Part shown: positions 15,186 to 23,464 of the stretch, one piece after another
Layout of the letters: each line of letters starts with the position of its first letter
Position numbering within the stretch: position 1 is the stretch's first letter
Virus record (IMG/VR): IMGVR_UViG_3300010383_000012
Direction: 5' to 3' (one strand)
Source of the DNA: a virus
DNA length: 61,308 nt
Position numbers and translations under genes: made by a program
Notes under the pieces: model-generated
The model's database searches: none
The model's input: the letters and a program-made list of their open reading frames with translations, nothing else
What the model was told of the DNA's origin: nothing

Positions 15186-15488
15186 CTACCTGAGCGTCGT
15201 GAAGAAGGTGTACAGCTTGGTCGGTTCGCCGGGAATGCGCACGATGGCGTGAGATAGCATAGCCACGTCGACCAAAACCACTTGCTGGCCCTTCCGGAGC
15301 ATCACGCAACGGCCGGACGTGAATTCGCTTTCGAGAAGCTTGAACTCGTGGTTTGACAGATAGCTCCTGGCGTCAGAGAAGGCCTCTTCGCTTGTGCAGC
15401 CGAAGCTGTTGTCTGTGACCGTTTTTACGTTCTCAGCAAGGGCGAAGCTGGAAAACACGGCAAAGAGCGTTGCGATGAGCGCTCGCAT
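15186..15488 (-). CDS. Secreted small protein co-transcribed with the repressor (100 aa)
   Basis: Signal peptide MRALIATLFAVFSSFALA. Two Cys residues. Visibly lower GC than the flanks. The start shares one nucleotide with the cI stop. Confidence 0.6.
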   Translation of the reverse strand: MRALIATLFAVFSSFALAENVKTVTDNSFGCTSEEAFSDARSYLSNHEFKLLESEFTSGRCVMLRKGQQVVLVDVAMLSHAIVRIPGEPTKLYTFFTTLR

Positions 15489-16285
15489 CACCGCCGCCGA
15501 TATTTGCGGTGTTCGACCATGACGCCGATGATGTGAAGATGATCGCGCTCGCTATGCAGAATAGCGAAGTCGTCATTGAGCGGCACGAGCTCGAACACCA
15601 TCTCGCCGCGCTCGCTCGTTCCTCGCGGGCGGTATTTCTTAAAGGTCGCTTCCTCGTGCGAATTCTTCGCGACAACGAAGTCACCGGGCTGTGGGGAAAC
15701 GGCGGGGTCGATTATCACCTTGTCGCCTTCCTTGAACTCAGGCTCCATCGACGGCCCCTTGATGATCAGGCCAAAAGCGCCCGCTGATAGGTCCAAGTCC
15801 GTCGCGATAGTTTCAAATCCGTCGCCCAATGAAAATGGGTCTACTGCTTCTGTCATCATGCCGGCCTGCACGTAGCTAATTACGGGGATCTCTCGGTAAC
15901 CCACTGTCCCGCGCTCGAAATTCCCGTACGCAGTGGGCTTCTTTTCCGTAATGCTAGGCGCGTCACCGCCAGCCGATTTAACAATCAGGCTCCCGTTTGG
16001 TGCGCTGATCCGCTTATCAGCAGACGTTGAAATGTGTTGTGCGGCGAGCGCGCTTTCAATGCCAAGGTCGAAATAAAGGTTCGGGAGCCCGAGGGCTTTT
16101 TCCAGTTTGCGAGCCGCGCCTTCCTTGAACCCGGCTCCTCCGCGGTAATTGGGGTTGAGCATCTGCCTCAACCTGGTGGCGTCTGGCGCGTTGGGGTGCG
16201 CTCTGGCAAAGGCCGCGACATTGCCGTCAGCTTCCCTGTCTACCAACTCTTGAAGCCGCGCTCTGCGGTATGCATCGATATCCAT
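15488..16285 (-). CDS. cI: CI-type repressor (HTH plus S24 LexA-like autopeptidase)
   Basis: 265 aa. The catalytic Ser is in GPSMEPEF and the catalytic Lys in ATFKKY. It is divergent from the cro-like gene. Confidence 0.85.
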   Translation of the reverse strand: MDIDAYRRARLQELVDREADGNVAAFARAHPNAPDATRLRQMLNPNYRGGAGFKEGAARKLEKALGLPNLYFDLGIESALAAQHISTSADKRISAPNGSLIVKSAGGDAPSITEKKPTAYGNFERGTVGYREIPVISYVQAGMMTEAVDPFSLGDGFETIATDLDLSAGAFGLIIKGPSMEPEFKEGDKVIIDPAVSPQPGDFVVAKNSHEEATFKKYRPRGTSERGEMVFELVPLNDDFAILHSERDHLHIIGVMVEHRKYRRR

Positions 16286-16308
16286 AACCCGAATTAAAAC
16301 CGAAAACT

Positions 16309-16382
16309 AGCATTTGCTGTGAGCGCAAACGCTATTGTTTTGCGAGCAAGTGCTTGCGCTTGACGAGAGCAAATGCTATCGT
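16309..16382 (+). promoter_or_regulatory. OR operator cluster and PR-like promoter
   Basis: Sites AGCATTTGCT (16309-16318), CGCAAACGCT (16324-16333) and AGCAAATGCT (16368-16377). PR has -35 TTGCGC (16354-16359), a 17-nt spacer and -10 TATCGT (16377-16382), placing the start site at or next to the cro ATG. Confidence 0.6.
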
Positions 16383-16389
16383 CAACGCC

Positions 16390-16722
16390 ATGGATACCTT
16401 TCACACCTACCTCAAAGGGCTGACCAAAGACGAGCGTCAAGCGCTCGCCGATAGGGTCGGTACATCGGTCGCCTACCTCTGGCAAATCGCCTACAAACAG
16501 CGGCGCTGCAAAGAGTCGATGGCAATCGAGATCGAAAAAGCGTCGAACCGGGCCGTGCGCGTCGAGGATCTTCGTCCCGACGTCGACTGGGCTTACGTGC
16601 GGGCGTCTGCTGAATCTATCGCGGAAAGCGCACCGCAGGACGGCGCGACTGATCGCGCGGCCGCTAGTGACGACGTTCAGCCGCCTGTCGGCTCCGCCGA
16701 TCCGAGCGACGAAAAAGGTTGA
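16390..16722 (+). CDS. cro: Cro/YdaS-like HTH regulator
   Basis: MDTFHTYLKGLTKDERQALADRVGTSVAYLWQIAYKQRRC. It is divergent from cI across the operator region. Confidence 0.6.
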   Translation: MDTFHTYLKGLTKDERQALADRVGTSVAYLWQIAYKQRRCKESMAIEIEKASNRAVRVEDLRPDVDWAYVRASAESIAESAPQDGATDRAAASDDVQPPVGSADPSDEKG

Positions 16723-16760
16723 TCCTGGCATAGCAGCGGTTCTCATTTTTTGAAGTTTTT

Positions 16761-16785
16761 GGCTGACGTTTGTCAGCCTTTATTT
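16761..16785 (+). terminator. tR1-like intrinsic terminator after cro
   Basis: GGCTGAC-GTTT-GTCAGCC followed by TTTATTT. Confidence 0.7.
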
Positions 16786-16801
16786 GGCCCCTGCCGCATG
16801 T

Positions 16802-16837
16802 GGGTAAGCAACTGGGTAACCAACCGGGTAACGATGA
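16802..16837 (+). repeat. Three direct 12-bp repeats (GGGTAA-N6)
   Basis: GGGTAAGCAACT GGGTAACCAACC GGGTAACGATGA, with exact 12-bp phasing. Confidence 0.7.
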
Positions 16838-16858
16838 TTTTTCACTATTGCGACAGTC

Positions 16859-17227
16859 ATGAACCAAAAAGAAATTCGCATGTTTGCCCCCTACGTGGAA
16901 GGGGCTCGACTACCTGATCAAGAGATCGCGGCATTGTCGTTTGAGCAATGTCTGGCCATGGCGCTCGAGCTCGGGCTCAAGCGGTTTGACCGCAAGACGC
17001 TCGCGCGTCACTGCCACATCCACTACCCGCATTTCAACGAATTCATGTCCGGCAAGCGAAGGCTGGACAGGCATCGGCTCTTTCTTTTTTGCATGTTCAC
17101 CGGGTGCGACTACCCGTTGCAATGGAACGAGCTTGCAGAAGAGAAAGCGCGTGCCGAGTACAAGCGCCTCAGCGCGCAGGTGATCGGCGAGTACGTTCAG
17201 CAGGCAATGGGAAGGATCGCTGCATGA
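16859..17227 (+). CDS. Hypothetical early regulator in the CII position (possible HTH)
   Basis: 122 aa. It is the first gene after the cro terminator. TLARHCHIHYPHFNEFMSGKRR resembles an HTH recognition segment. Confidence 0.35.
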   Translation: MNQKEIRMFAPYVEGARLPDQEIAALSFEQCLAMALELGLKRFDRKTLARHCHIHYPHFNEFMSGKRRLDRHRLFLFCMFTGCDYPLQWNELAEEKARAEYKRLSAQVIGEYVQQAMGRIAA

Positions 17228-17442
17228 ATCTTAGAAAGTGCGATGCGGGGAAAGTGTTCATCGCACCTTCCGGCCGGCTCGTGTCGTTTGAAGCTGAAAA
17301 AGGTGGCGTCTATATGTTCACGTATCTGGACGACCCGACTGACGGGCTGGCACTGTCTTTCGACGGGCTGCGCATTCTCGAGCGCGCGCGAGAACTGCCA
17401 TGTGATGCGGTGCCGATCACACGCCCCATAGGTGTCGCATGA
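17224..17442 (+). CDS. Hypothetical protein (72 aa)
   Basis: ATGA overlaps on both sides. Confidence 0.45.
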   Translation: MNLRKCDAGKVFIAPSGRLVSFEAEKGGVYMFTYLDDPTDGLALSFDGLRILERARELPCDAVPITRPIGVA

Positions 17443-19940
17443 GCACGCCCGACTATGCCGCCTTCCTGCGGCAGAAGATCAAGATGGCGAACTTCGCGGG
17501 CTTCCGCGTCGAGCTCTCCGCCCTGCACGAATGCCTGTATCCGCACCAGCGTGACATCGTCCGTTGGGCCGTACTCGGCGGCAACCGCGCGATCTTTGCC
17601 AAGTTCGGCCTAGGCAAGTCGGTTATGCAATGCGAGTGGCTGCGCCAGATCATTATGGCGGCCGGCGGAATCGGCCTTGTTGTCTGCCCGCTCGGCGTGC
17701 GCCAGGAATTGATCCGCGACGCGTCGATGCTTGGCATTCAGCTGCGCTTTATCCGGAGCGCCAGGGAGATTACCGACGGGCACGCGTTCTATCTCACTAA
17801 CTACGAGACGATCCGCGACGGGAAGCTCGACCCGGCGCTGTTCACCGCTGTCAGCCTCGATGAGGCGAGCGTATTGCGCAGCTTTGGCAGCAAGACGTAT
17901 CAGGAATTCTTGCCGCTCTTCGACTACGTGAAATTCAAGCTGGTCAACACGGCCACGCCGAGCCCGAACCGCTTCAAGGAACTCATTCACTACGCCGCGT
18001 TCCTCGGCGTCATGGACAGCGGCCAGGCGTTGACACGCTTCTTCCAGCGTGACAGCGAGAAGGCCGGCAACCTGACGCTCTACCCGCACAAGGAGCAAGA
18101 GTTCTGGCTGTGGGTATCCAGCTGGGCTGTGTTCATCCAGTTCCCGAGCGACCTCGGTTACAGCGACGATGGCTATGACCTCCCCGCGCTGGACGTGCGC
18201 TATCACGAAGTGCCAACCGACTACGCCAAGGCCGGCGCCGACCGCGACGGTCAGGCACTGATGTTTCAGGACCCCGCACTAGGCCTGAGTGCCGCCGCAG
18301 CCGAGAAGCGCGACAGCCTGCCCGCGCGGGTCGCGAAGGTGAAGGAGATCATTGACGCGGATCGCGAGGATCACTTCGTTATCTGGCATGACCTCGAGTC
18401 GGAGCGCCACGCGATCCAGCAGGCCGTGCCGGACGTCGTCAGCGTGTGGGGCACGCAGGATCTGGAAGAGCGCGAAGCGCGCATCGTTGAGTTCGGCAAC
18501 GGCGCATACCGCCTGCTGTCGACCAAGCCGGTTATCGCCGGCTCCGGCTGCAATTTTCAGCGCCATTGCCACCGCGAGATCTTCGCCGGCATCGGCTTCA
18601 AGTTCAACGACTTCATCCAGGCGATTCACCGGGTGCAGCGTTTCCAGCAACCTCACCGCGTTCGCATCGACATCGTCTACAGCGAAGCCGAGCGCGAGGT
18701 GTTACGCACTCTCCAGCAGAAGTGGGTGCAGCACGATGAGATGGTGCAAAAAATGACCGAAATCATCCGTAAGTACGGGCTGAACCAGCTCGCGATGCAG
18801 GAGACGCTCGCGCGCTCCATCGGCGTCGACCGCATCGAAGTGAAGAGCGACCGCTTTTCCGTCGCGAACAACGACTGCGTCGAGGAAGCGAAGCTGCAAC
18901 CGGACAATCACGTCGACCTGATCGTTACGTCGATCCCGTTCGCAAACCACTACGAGTACTCGCCCAGTTACAACGACTTCGGGCACACGGACAACAACGA
19001 GCATTTCTGGAGCCAGATGGATTTTCTGACTCCCGAGCTGCTGCGCATTCTGAAGCCCGGCCGCATTTACGCGTGCCATGTGAAAGACCGGATCCTGTTC
19101 GGCAACGTCACGGGCGCCGGCGCGCCGACGGTCAGTCCGTTCCACTGCGAAGCGATCATGCACGGCCGCAAGCACGGCTTCGACTACATGGGCCTCGTTA
19201 CGGTCGTGACCGACGTCGTCCGGGAGAACAACCAGACTTATCGACTCGGCTGGTCGGAGCAGTGCAAGGACGGCTCGAAGATGGGCGTCGGCTCGCCTGA
19301 ATACATCGCGTTGTTCCGCAAGCCGCAAACGGACCGCTCGAAGGGTTACGCAGACACCCCGGTGAGGAAGTCGAAAGAGGAATACACGCGCGCGCACTGG
19401 CAGGTCGATGCACATGCCTTCTGGCGCAGCAGCGGCAACCGGCAGATCACCGCCGACGAACTCGCCTCGCTCGGGCCCGACAAGCTCGCCAGCATCTTCA
19501 CGCAATACAGCTTGCAGAACGTCTACGACTACGAGTTCCACGTGAAAATAGGCGAGGAACTGGAAGCGCGCGGCGCGCTTCCTTCGACGTTCATGAGCCT
19601 CGCTCCCGGCTCACACCATCCCGATGTCTGGCACGACGTCACACGTATGCTGACGCTCAATGGTGACCAGGCTAAGCGCGCCGTGGAAAAGCACGTGTGC
19701 CCGCTGCAGTTCGACATCGTCGACCGCCTGATCGACCGGTACAGCAATCCCGATGAGCTCGTCTACGACCCCTTCTGCGGCATCGGCACGGTGCCCTATC
19801 GCGCGATTCTGAAGGGGCGCCGCGGCGGCGGTTCGGAATTGAACGCCGCTTATTTCATGGATCAGGTTCATTACCTGCGCGCCGCTGAGCGCGAGTACTC
19901 CATGCCGTCGCTGTTCGACACGCTCGAGGTGGCCGCGTGA
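17439..19940 (+). CDS. SNF2/DEAD-like helicase fused to an N6/N4 DNA methyltransferase (beta-class motif order)
   Basis: Helicase motif I is AKFGLGKS, motif II is SLDEAS, motif III is NTATPSPN and motif VI is QAIHRVQRFQQ. MTase motif IV-like is DLIVTSIPFANHY and motif I is VYDPFCGIGTVPY. Confidence 0.8.
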   Translation: MSTPDYAAFLRQKIKMANFAGFRVELSALHECLYPHQRDIVRWAVLGGNRAIFAKFGLGKSVMQCEWLRQIIMAAGGIGLVVCPLGVRQELIRDASMLGIQLRFIRSAREITDGHAFYLTNYETIRDGKLDPALFTAVSLDEASVLRSFGSKTYQEFLPLFDYVKFKLVNTATPSPNRFKELIHYAAFLGVMDSGQALTRFFQRDSEKAGNLTLYPHKEQEFWLWVSSWAVFIQFPSDLGYSDDGYDLPALDVRYHEVPTDYAKAGADRDGQALMFQDPALGLSAAAAEKRDSLPARVAKVKEIIDADREDHFVIWHDLESERHAIQQAVPDVVSVWGTQDLEEREARIVEFGNGAYRLLSTKPVIAGSGCNFQRHCHREIFAGIGFKFNDFIQAIHRVQRFQQPHRVRIDIVYSEAEREVLRTLQQKWVQHDEMVQKMTEIIRKYGLNQLAMQETLARSIGVDRIEVKSDRFSVANNDCVEEAKLQPDNHVDLIVTSIPFANHYEYSPSYNDFGHTDNNEHFWSQMDFLTPELLRILKPGRIYACHVKDRILFGNVTGAGAPTVSPFHCEAIMHGRKHGFDYMGLVTVVTDVVRENNQTYRLGWSEQCKDGSKMGVGSPEYIALFRKPQTDRSKGYADTPVRKSKEEYTRAHWQVDAHAFWRSSGNRQITADELASLGPDKLASIFTQYSLQNVYDYEFHVKIGEELEARGALPSTFMSLAPGSHHPDVWHDVTRMLTLNGDQAKRAVEKHVCPLQFDIVDRLIDRYSNPDELVYDPFCGIGTVPYRAILKGRRGGGSELNAAYFMDQVHYLRAAEREYSMPSLFDTLEVAA

Positions 19941-20917
19941 CGGAACCTTCTCTGCCCGCCCCGCTGACGCCGGTTGACTGCGACCTGCGGGACTTTCCGT
20001 TCATCCCGCTCGAAATACAGCGCCTGCGTCGCAGCAAAGCCTGGTTGCGTTGCAAGCGCAACCCCGCACTTGCCTTTTACCTGATCAACCTGTGGACGGC
20101 GGCATGGCACGACGTACCGGCTGCGTCGCTCGAAGATGATGACGAGGTGCTCGCCGACCTCGCCGTCTGTGACCCGTCGAAGTGGGACAAGGTCCGGGAA
20201 GACGTGCTGCGCGGCTGGATCAAGTGCAGTGACGGGCGGCTCTATCACCCCGTTGTGGCTGAGAAGGTGCTCGAAGCATGGAAGGCCAAACAGGCTCAGC
20301 GCGCCCGCACTGAAGCCGCCCGCGCCGCGAAAGAAGCACGCCGTGCAGCAGAGCTGTCGAAGCAGCAACAAGCATCCTCACAGAACTCTGTCGGCACACC
20401 CGGATCAACCGACAGAAATATGTCGGCTAGTCCGACAGACTCTGTCACAGAGTCTGTGACAGACATTGTCACTGACTCCAAGAGAGAGGGACAGGGACAG
20501 AGAGAGGGAGAGAGACAGGGAGAGGGAGACTCTGTTAACCCCACCGTTCCTAACGGAACGGACGCTAAAGCGTCGCCGGGCCTAAGCGCACACGACGCGA
20601 TTTTTCAGATCGGACTGCCATGGCTCGTCAGCCATGCCGGCAAGGACGTCAAGGAATCGAACCTCCGCTCGATGCTCGGCGGTTCCGAGAAGCACCTCAC
20701 GCCTGACGGCGCATGGCAGCTCGTGCAGGACTGCATGAACGCCAAGCCGCTCGAGCCCGTCGCGTGGCTGGCCGCCGCGATCAACGAGCGAAAGAAGGTC
20801 GCCACAGGCGCTCCTGCACGGCGCAACGGCGCGCCGACACAGGCGGAGCTCGACGACACCAACGCCCGCGCGAAAGCGATCCTGTTCGGTCCGGAGGTGG
20901 CCAGTGGACAAGGCTGA
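19937..20917 (+). CDS. DUF1376 (YdaU-like) replication-module protein
   Basis: N-terminus FPFIPLEIQRLRRSKAWLRCKRNPALAFYLINLWTAAWH. The linker is encoded by ori-like repeats. Position matches lambdoid replication initiators. Confidence 0.55.
   Translation: MTEPSLPAPLTPVDCDLRDFPFIPLEIQRLRRSKAWLRCKRNPALAFYLINLWTAAWHDVPAASLEDDDEVLADLAVCDPSKWDKVREDVLRGWIKCSDGRLYHPVVAEKVLEAWKAKQAQRARTEAARAAKEARRAAELSKQQQASSQNSVGTPGSTDRNMSASPTDSVTESVTDIVTDSKREGQGQREGERQGEGDSVNPTVPNGTDAKASPGLSAHDAIFQIGLPWLVSHAGKDVKESNLRSMLGGSEKHLTPDGAWQLVQDCMNAKPLEPVAWLAAAINERKKVATGAPARRNGAPTQAELDDTNARAKAILFGPEVASGQG
20409..20560 (+). promoter_or_regulatory. Candidate replication origin: inverted repeats plus a roughly 50-bp GA tract inside the replication gene
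   Basis: CCGACAgaaatatGTCGG (20409-20426). Perfect 21-bp palindrome CAGACTCTGTCACAGAGTCTG (20436-20456). Purine tract AGAGAGAGGGACAGGGACAGAGAGAGGGAGAGAGACAGGGAGAGGGAGAC (20480-20529). CCGTTCCTAACGGAACGG (20543-20560). Confidence 0.45.
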
Positions 20918-21686
20918 CTTCGACAATTTCGCGAGCCTGATCGATCAGGTCTACGGGCTGCAATCGCAGCGCGTGCTCACCGCCGAGGCGAAGGCGCTGT
21001 TCTTCGCGACCATGGCCGAGCATTCCTTCGCTGATGTGCGGCGCGCCGCTTTCGCGCACCTCAAAGACCCGGTGAATGGCAAGTTTCCGCTGCTTCCGTC
21101 GCACATCGAAGCGCAGATCAGCGCGGCAAAAGGTGGCGACGGCCGGCCAGGCGCCGACGAAGCATGGGCACTCGCGCTGAAGTCGGTCGATGAGCGCTCT
21201 ACCGTCGTTTGGACGACCGAAGCGTTTGAGGCATTCCAGATCGCGCGCGCCGTGCTCGAAGGCGGCGACGAGGTCGGCGCGCGGATGGCGTTCAAGGACG
21301 CATACAACCGACTCGTTGCGCAGGCCCGCGCGGCCCGGCGCGCGACAGCATGGCAGCCGTCGCTCGGATGGGACGCCGAAGAGCGCGAGAGGGTGCTGCG
21401 CGACGCGGCAGCGCTCAACCGTTTGCCCGCGCCGATGGTTGCCGCCCTGCTTCCCGCGCCCGACGAGACGTCGACGTACGACGAGGCTGCGGCGCGCGCC
21501 AACCTGCAGCGCATCCGCGAATTCGTGTCGACCATCCCTTCCGCAATCGAGCGGATTGCCGCGACGCGGGCGAAAAAGCTTGCGGAGGAAAACGAGCGCA
21601 TCGCGGCGCGCAAGGAAGAGCTGCGCCAGCAGGCCGAGAGCCTAGGCGTGACAGACGAAGGCTACGAGGAGATCCAGCCGAAATGA
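20904..21686 (+). CDS. Hypothetical replication-module protein (260 aa)
   Basis: It lies between the DUF1376 gene and rusA, where lambdoid phages carry a helicase loader. No motif recognised. Confidence 0.5.
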   Translation: MDKADFDNFASLIDQVYGLQSQRVLTAEAKALFFATMAEHSFADVRRAAFAHLKDPVNGKFPLLPSHIEAQISAAKGGDGRPGADEAWALALKSVDERSTVVWTTEAFEAFQIARAVLEGGDEVGARMAFKDAYNRLVAQARAARRATAWQPSLGWDAEERERVLRDAAALNRLPAPMVAALLPAPDETSTYDEAAARANLQRIREFVSTIPSAIERIAATRAKKLAEENERIAARKEELRQQAESLGVTDEGYEEIQPK

Positions 21687-22132
21687 CTCCCATCAGATTC
21701 ATCATCCTGGGCGAACCGGCCAGCAAAGCGAACAGCCGCCAGATCGTCGTGCGCGGCGGCCGCCCGGCGAGCATCAAGAGCGAGAAGGCATTGAACTTCG
21801 AGGCGAACGCGCTGAAGCAGATCCCGCCTGTCGCGCGCCAGCAGCTCACCTGCCCCGTGCGCGTCACGCTGCGGATTTTTTACGCCAGCGAGCGTCCCGA
21901 CCTCGACGAGTCGATCGTGCTCGACGTGTTGCAGGACCGATATGCGACGTACAAGGCCGGCGACAAGAAGCTGCGAAAGCTGGTGCAACGCGGCGTGTAC
22001 GTCAACGATCGGCAGGTTCGTGAAAAGCACGTCTTCCATGCTATCGACCGCACGAACCCGCGCACGGAGGTGACGATTGAGCCGTTGTTGAGCGTGACGC
22101 ATCAACCGTCTCTCGAGCTGGAGTCCGCATGA
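21683..22132 (+). CDS. rusA: RusA-family Holliday junction resolvase
   Basis: MTPIRFIILGEPASKANSRQ...VRVTLRIFYASERPDLDESIVLDVLQ...GVYVNDRQV follows the RusA pattern. ATGA overlaps the upstream gene. Confidence 0.65.
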   Translation: MTPIRFIILGEPASKANSRQIVVRGGRPASIKSEKALNFEANALKQIPPVARQQLTCPVRVTLRIFYASERPDLDESIVLDVLQDRYATYKAGDKKLRKLVQRGVYVNDRQVREKHVFHAIDRTNPRTEVTIEPLLSVTHQPSLELESA

Positions 22133-22875
22133 AAATCATCTTCGGACCGCCTTGGACATCAGAACAGGATGCGATTGTGGCGGCGCACTGGCAAGGCGCC
22201 GAACCGATCAGCACGTGGGCGCATCTCCTGACCGGCCGCACGCCAGCCGCCGTCGAAATGCGCGGCCGGAAACTCAAGCTCGGACCGCGACCGAATCCGC
22301 ATGAATGGACCGAACAGCAGGACGCCGACCTGACGCGTCTGTGGTCCACGAACGAACGCATCACCGCGCATATGGACCTGTTCGAGGGCCACAGCTACGA
22401 CGCGGTGATGGCGCGTGCTCATAACCTCGGTCTCGGCAAGCGGCCAGACTGCCCCCGCGGGCAAGCGCCGATCGCGTGGCCGCTCATCGAGCGCCAACTC
22501 AAGAAAGAGTCTGCGCACCGGTACCGGCTAGCGGACGTTCTGCGGTTGCATCCCGCGACCGTGAGCAAGCAACTGAATCTCCATCACGACGCGAAAGAGA
22601 TTCACGTGGTCGAGTGGTTCCGCCGCACACGCACAAGTGCGCCGATTCCCGTCTTTGCGTATGGGCCGGGCATCGACGTGCCGAAGCCGGCGCCGCTGAC
22701 CAACGCAGAAAAGCAGCGGCGGATCGCCGCGCACGCGAAACAGAAACGCATTCTTGCTGCCGAGCCGGTTCGCGGCGTCAACCCATTCGCGACCGCATGC
22801 GGCACCGTTGCCGCGCCGCAGGGCGAGACGGGGCGCGTCGTTCGCAACCTGGTGGACGACCGGGAGGCCGCTTGA
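22129..22875 (+). CDS. Hypothetical protein with two Myb/SANT-like repeats
   Basis: PWTSEQDAIVAAHW... and EWTEQQDADLTRLW... are repeats with regularly spaced Trp residues. Confidence 0.45.
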   Translation: MKIIFGPPWTSEQDAIVAAHWQGAEPISTWAHLLTGRTPAAVEMRGRKLKLGPRPNPHEWTEQQDADLTRLWSTNERITAHMDLFEGHSYDAVMARAHNLGLGKRPDCPRGQAPIAWPLIERQLKKESAHRYRLADVLRLHPATVSKQLNLHHDAKEIHVVEWFRRTRTSAPIPVFAYGPGIDVPKPAPLTNAEKQRRIAAHAKQKRILAAEPVRGVNPFATACGTVAAPQGETGRVVRNLVDDREAA

Positions 22876-23048
22876 GCGCCGACATCGAGCAACAGCGATT
22901 CGACTGCGAAGTCCGCGACATTGCGCGCCGCTCGCTCCAGCAACGCCGCATGTACCTGTCCGAGGTAGAGAAGATGCGCGGCAAAGCGGCAGCTGACAGG
23001 TTGCGCGCCGCGCTGCGCGCGCTGTGGGATACGAAGGAGAAGTCATGA
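22872..23048 (+). CDS. Hypothetical small protein (58 aa, TTG start)
   Basis: GGGAGG lies 5 nt upstream of TTG 22872. TTGA and ATGA overlaps with the neighbouring genes. Confidence 0.4.
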   Translation: MSADIEQQRFDCEVRDIARRSLQQRRMYLSEVEKMRGKAAADRLRAALRALWDTKEKS

Positions 23049-23464
23049 GCAGAGCGATCTATCGTGAATTCGTGCTTCGCAGTCCAACGGACGCGCAGCA
23101 GTGCGTCGGCTTCATGAAGGAGAACGCCGGCTCCGCGGTCGAGCGCGGGAAGCCGTTGCGCGTGGTGGTGACCGCGGAAGACCGCAAGCGCACGCCCGAG
23201 CAGAACGCTCGCTACTGGGGGCGCGCCGTCCTCGGCACCATTGCCGACCAGGCTTGGATCGGCGGCCGTCAGTTCGACAGTGAGACGTGGCACGAGAACC
23301 TCGCAGAGATGTTCTGCCCGCGCGTCGAGTTCACGCGCACCGACGGCACGATCGGCAGCCGGCGGAAGTCCACGTCAGAAATGGGCGTTCGCGAATTTAG
23401 CGAGTACGTCGAGCGCGTCGAGATTTACGCCGCAACTGAACTGGGCGTGGAGTTCGACCGGTGA
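23045..23464 (+). CDS. ninB: NinB-like recombination protein
   Basis: AAGGAG RBS. KRTPEQNARYWG motif and lambdoid nin-region position. Confidence 0.6.
   Translation: MSRAIYREFVLRSPTDAQQCVGFMKENAGSAVERGKPLRVVVTAEDRKRTPEQNARYWGRAVLGTIADQAWIGGRQFDSETWHENLAEMFCPRVEFTRTDGTIGSRRKSTSEMGVREFSEYVERVEIYAATELGVEFDR

Noticed and set aside
20480-20529. GA-rich tract as a CRISPR array or microsatellite
   Set aside because: There is no repeat-spacer periodicity. It is a degenerate polypurine tract inside a coding linker, and no CRISPR array occurs anywhere in the window.
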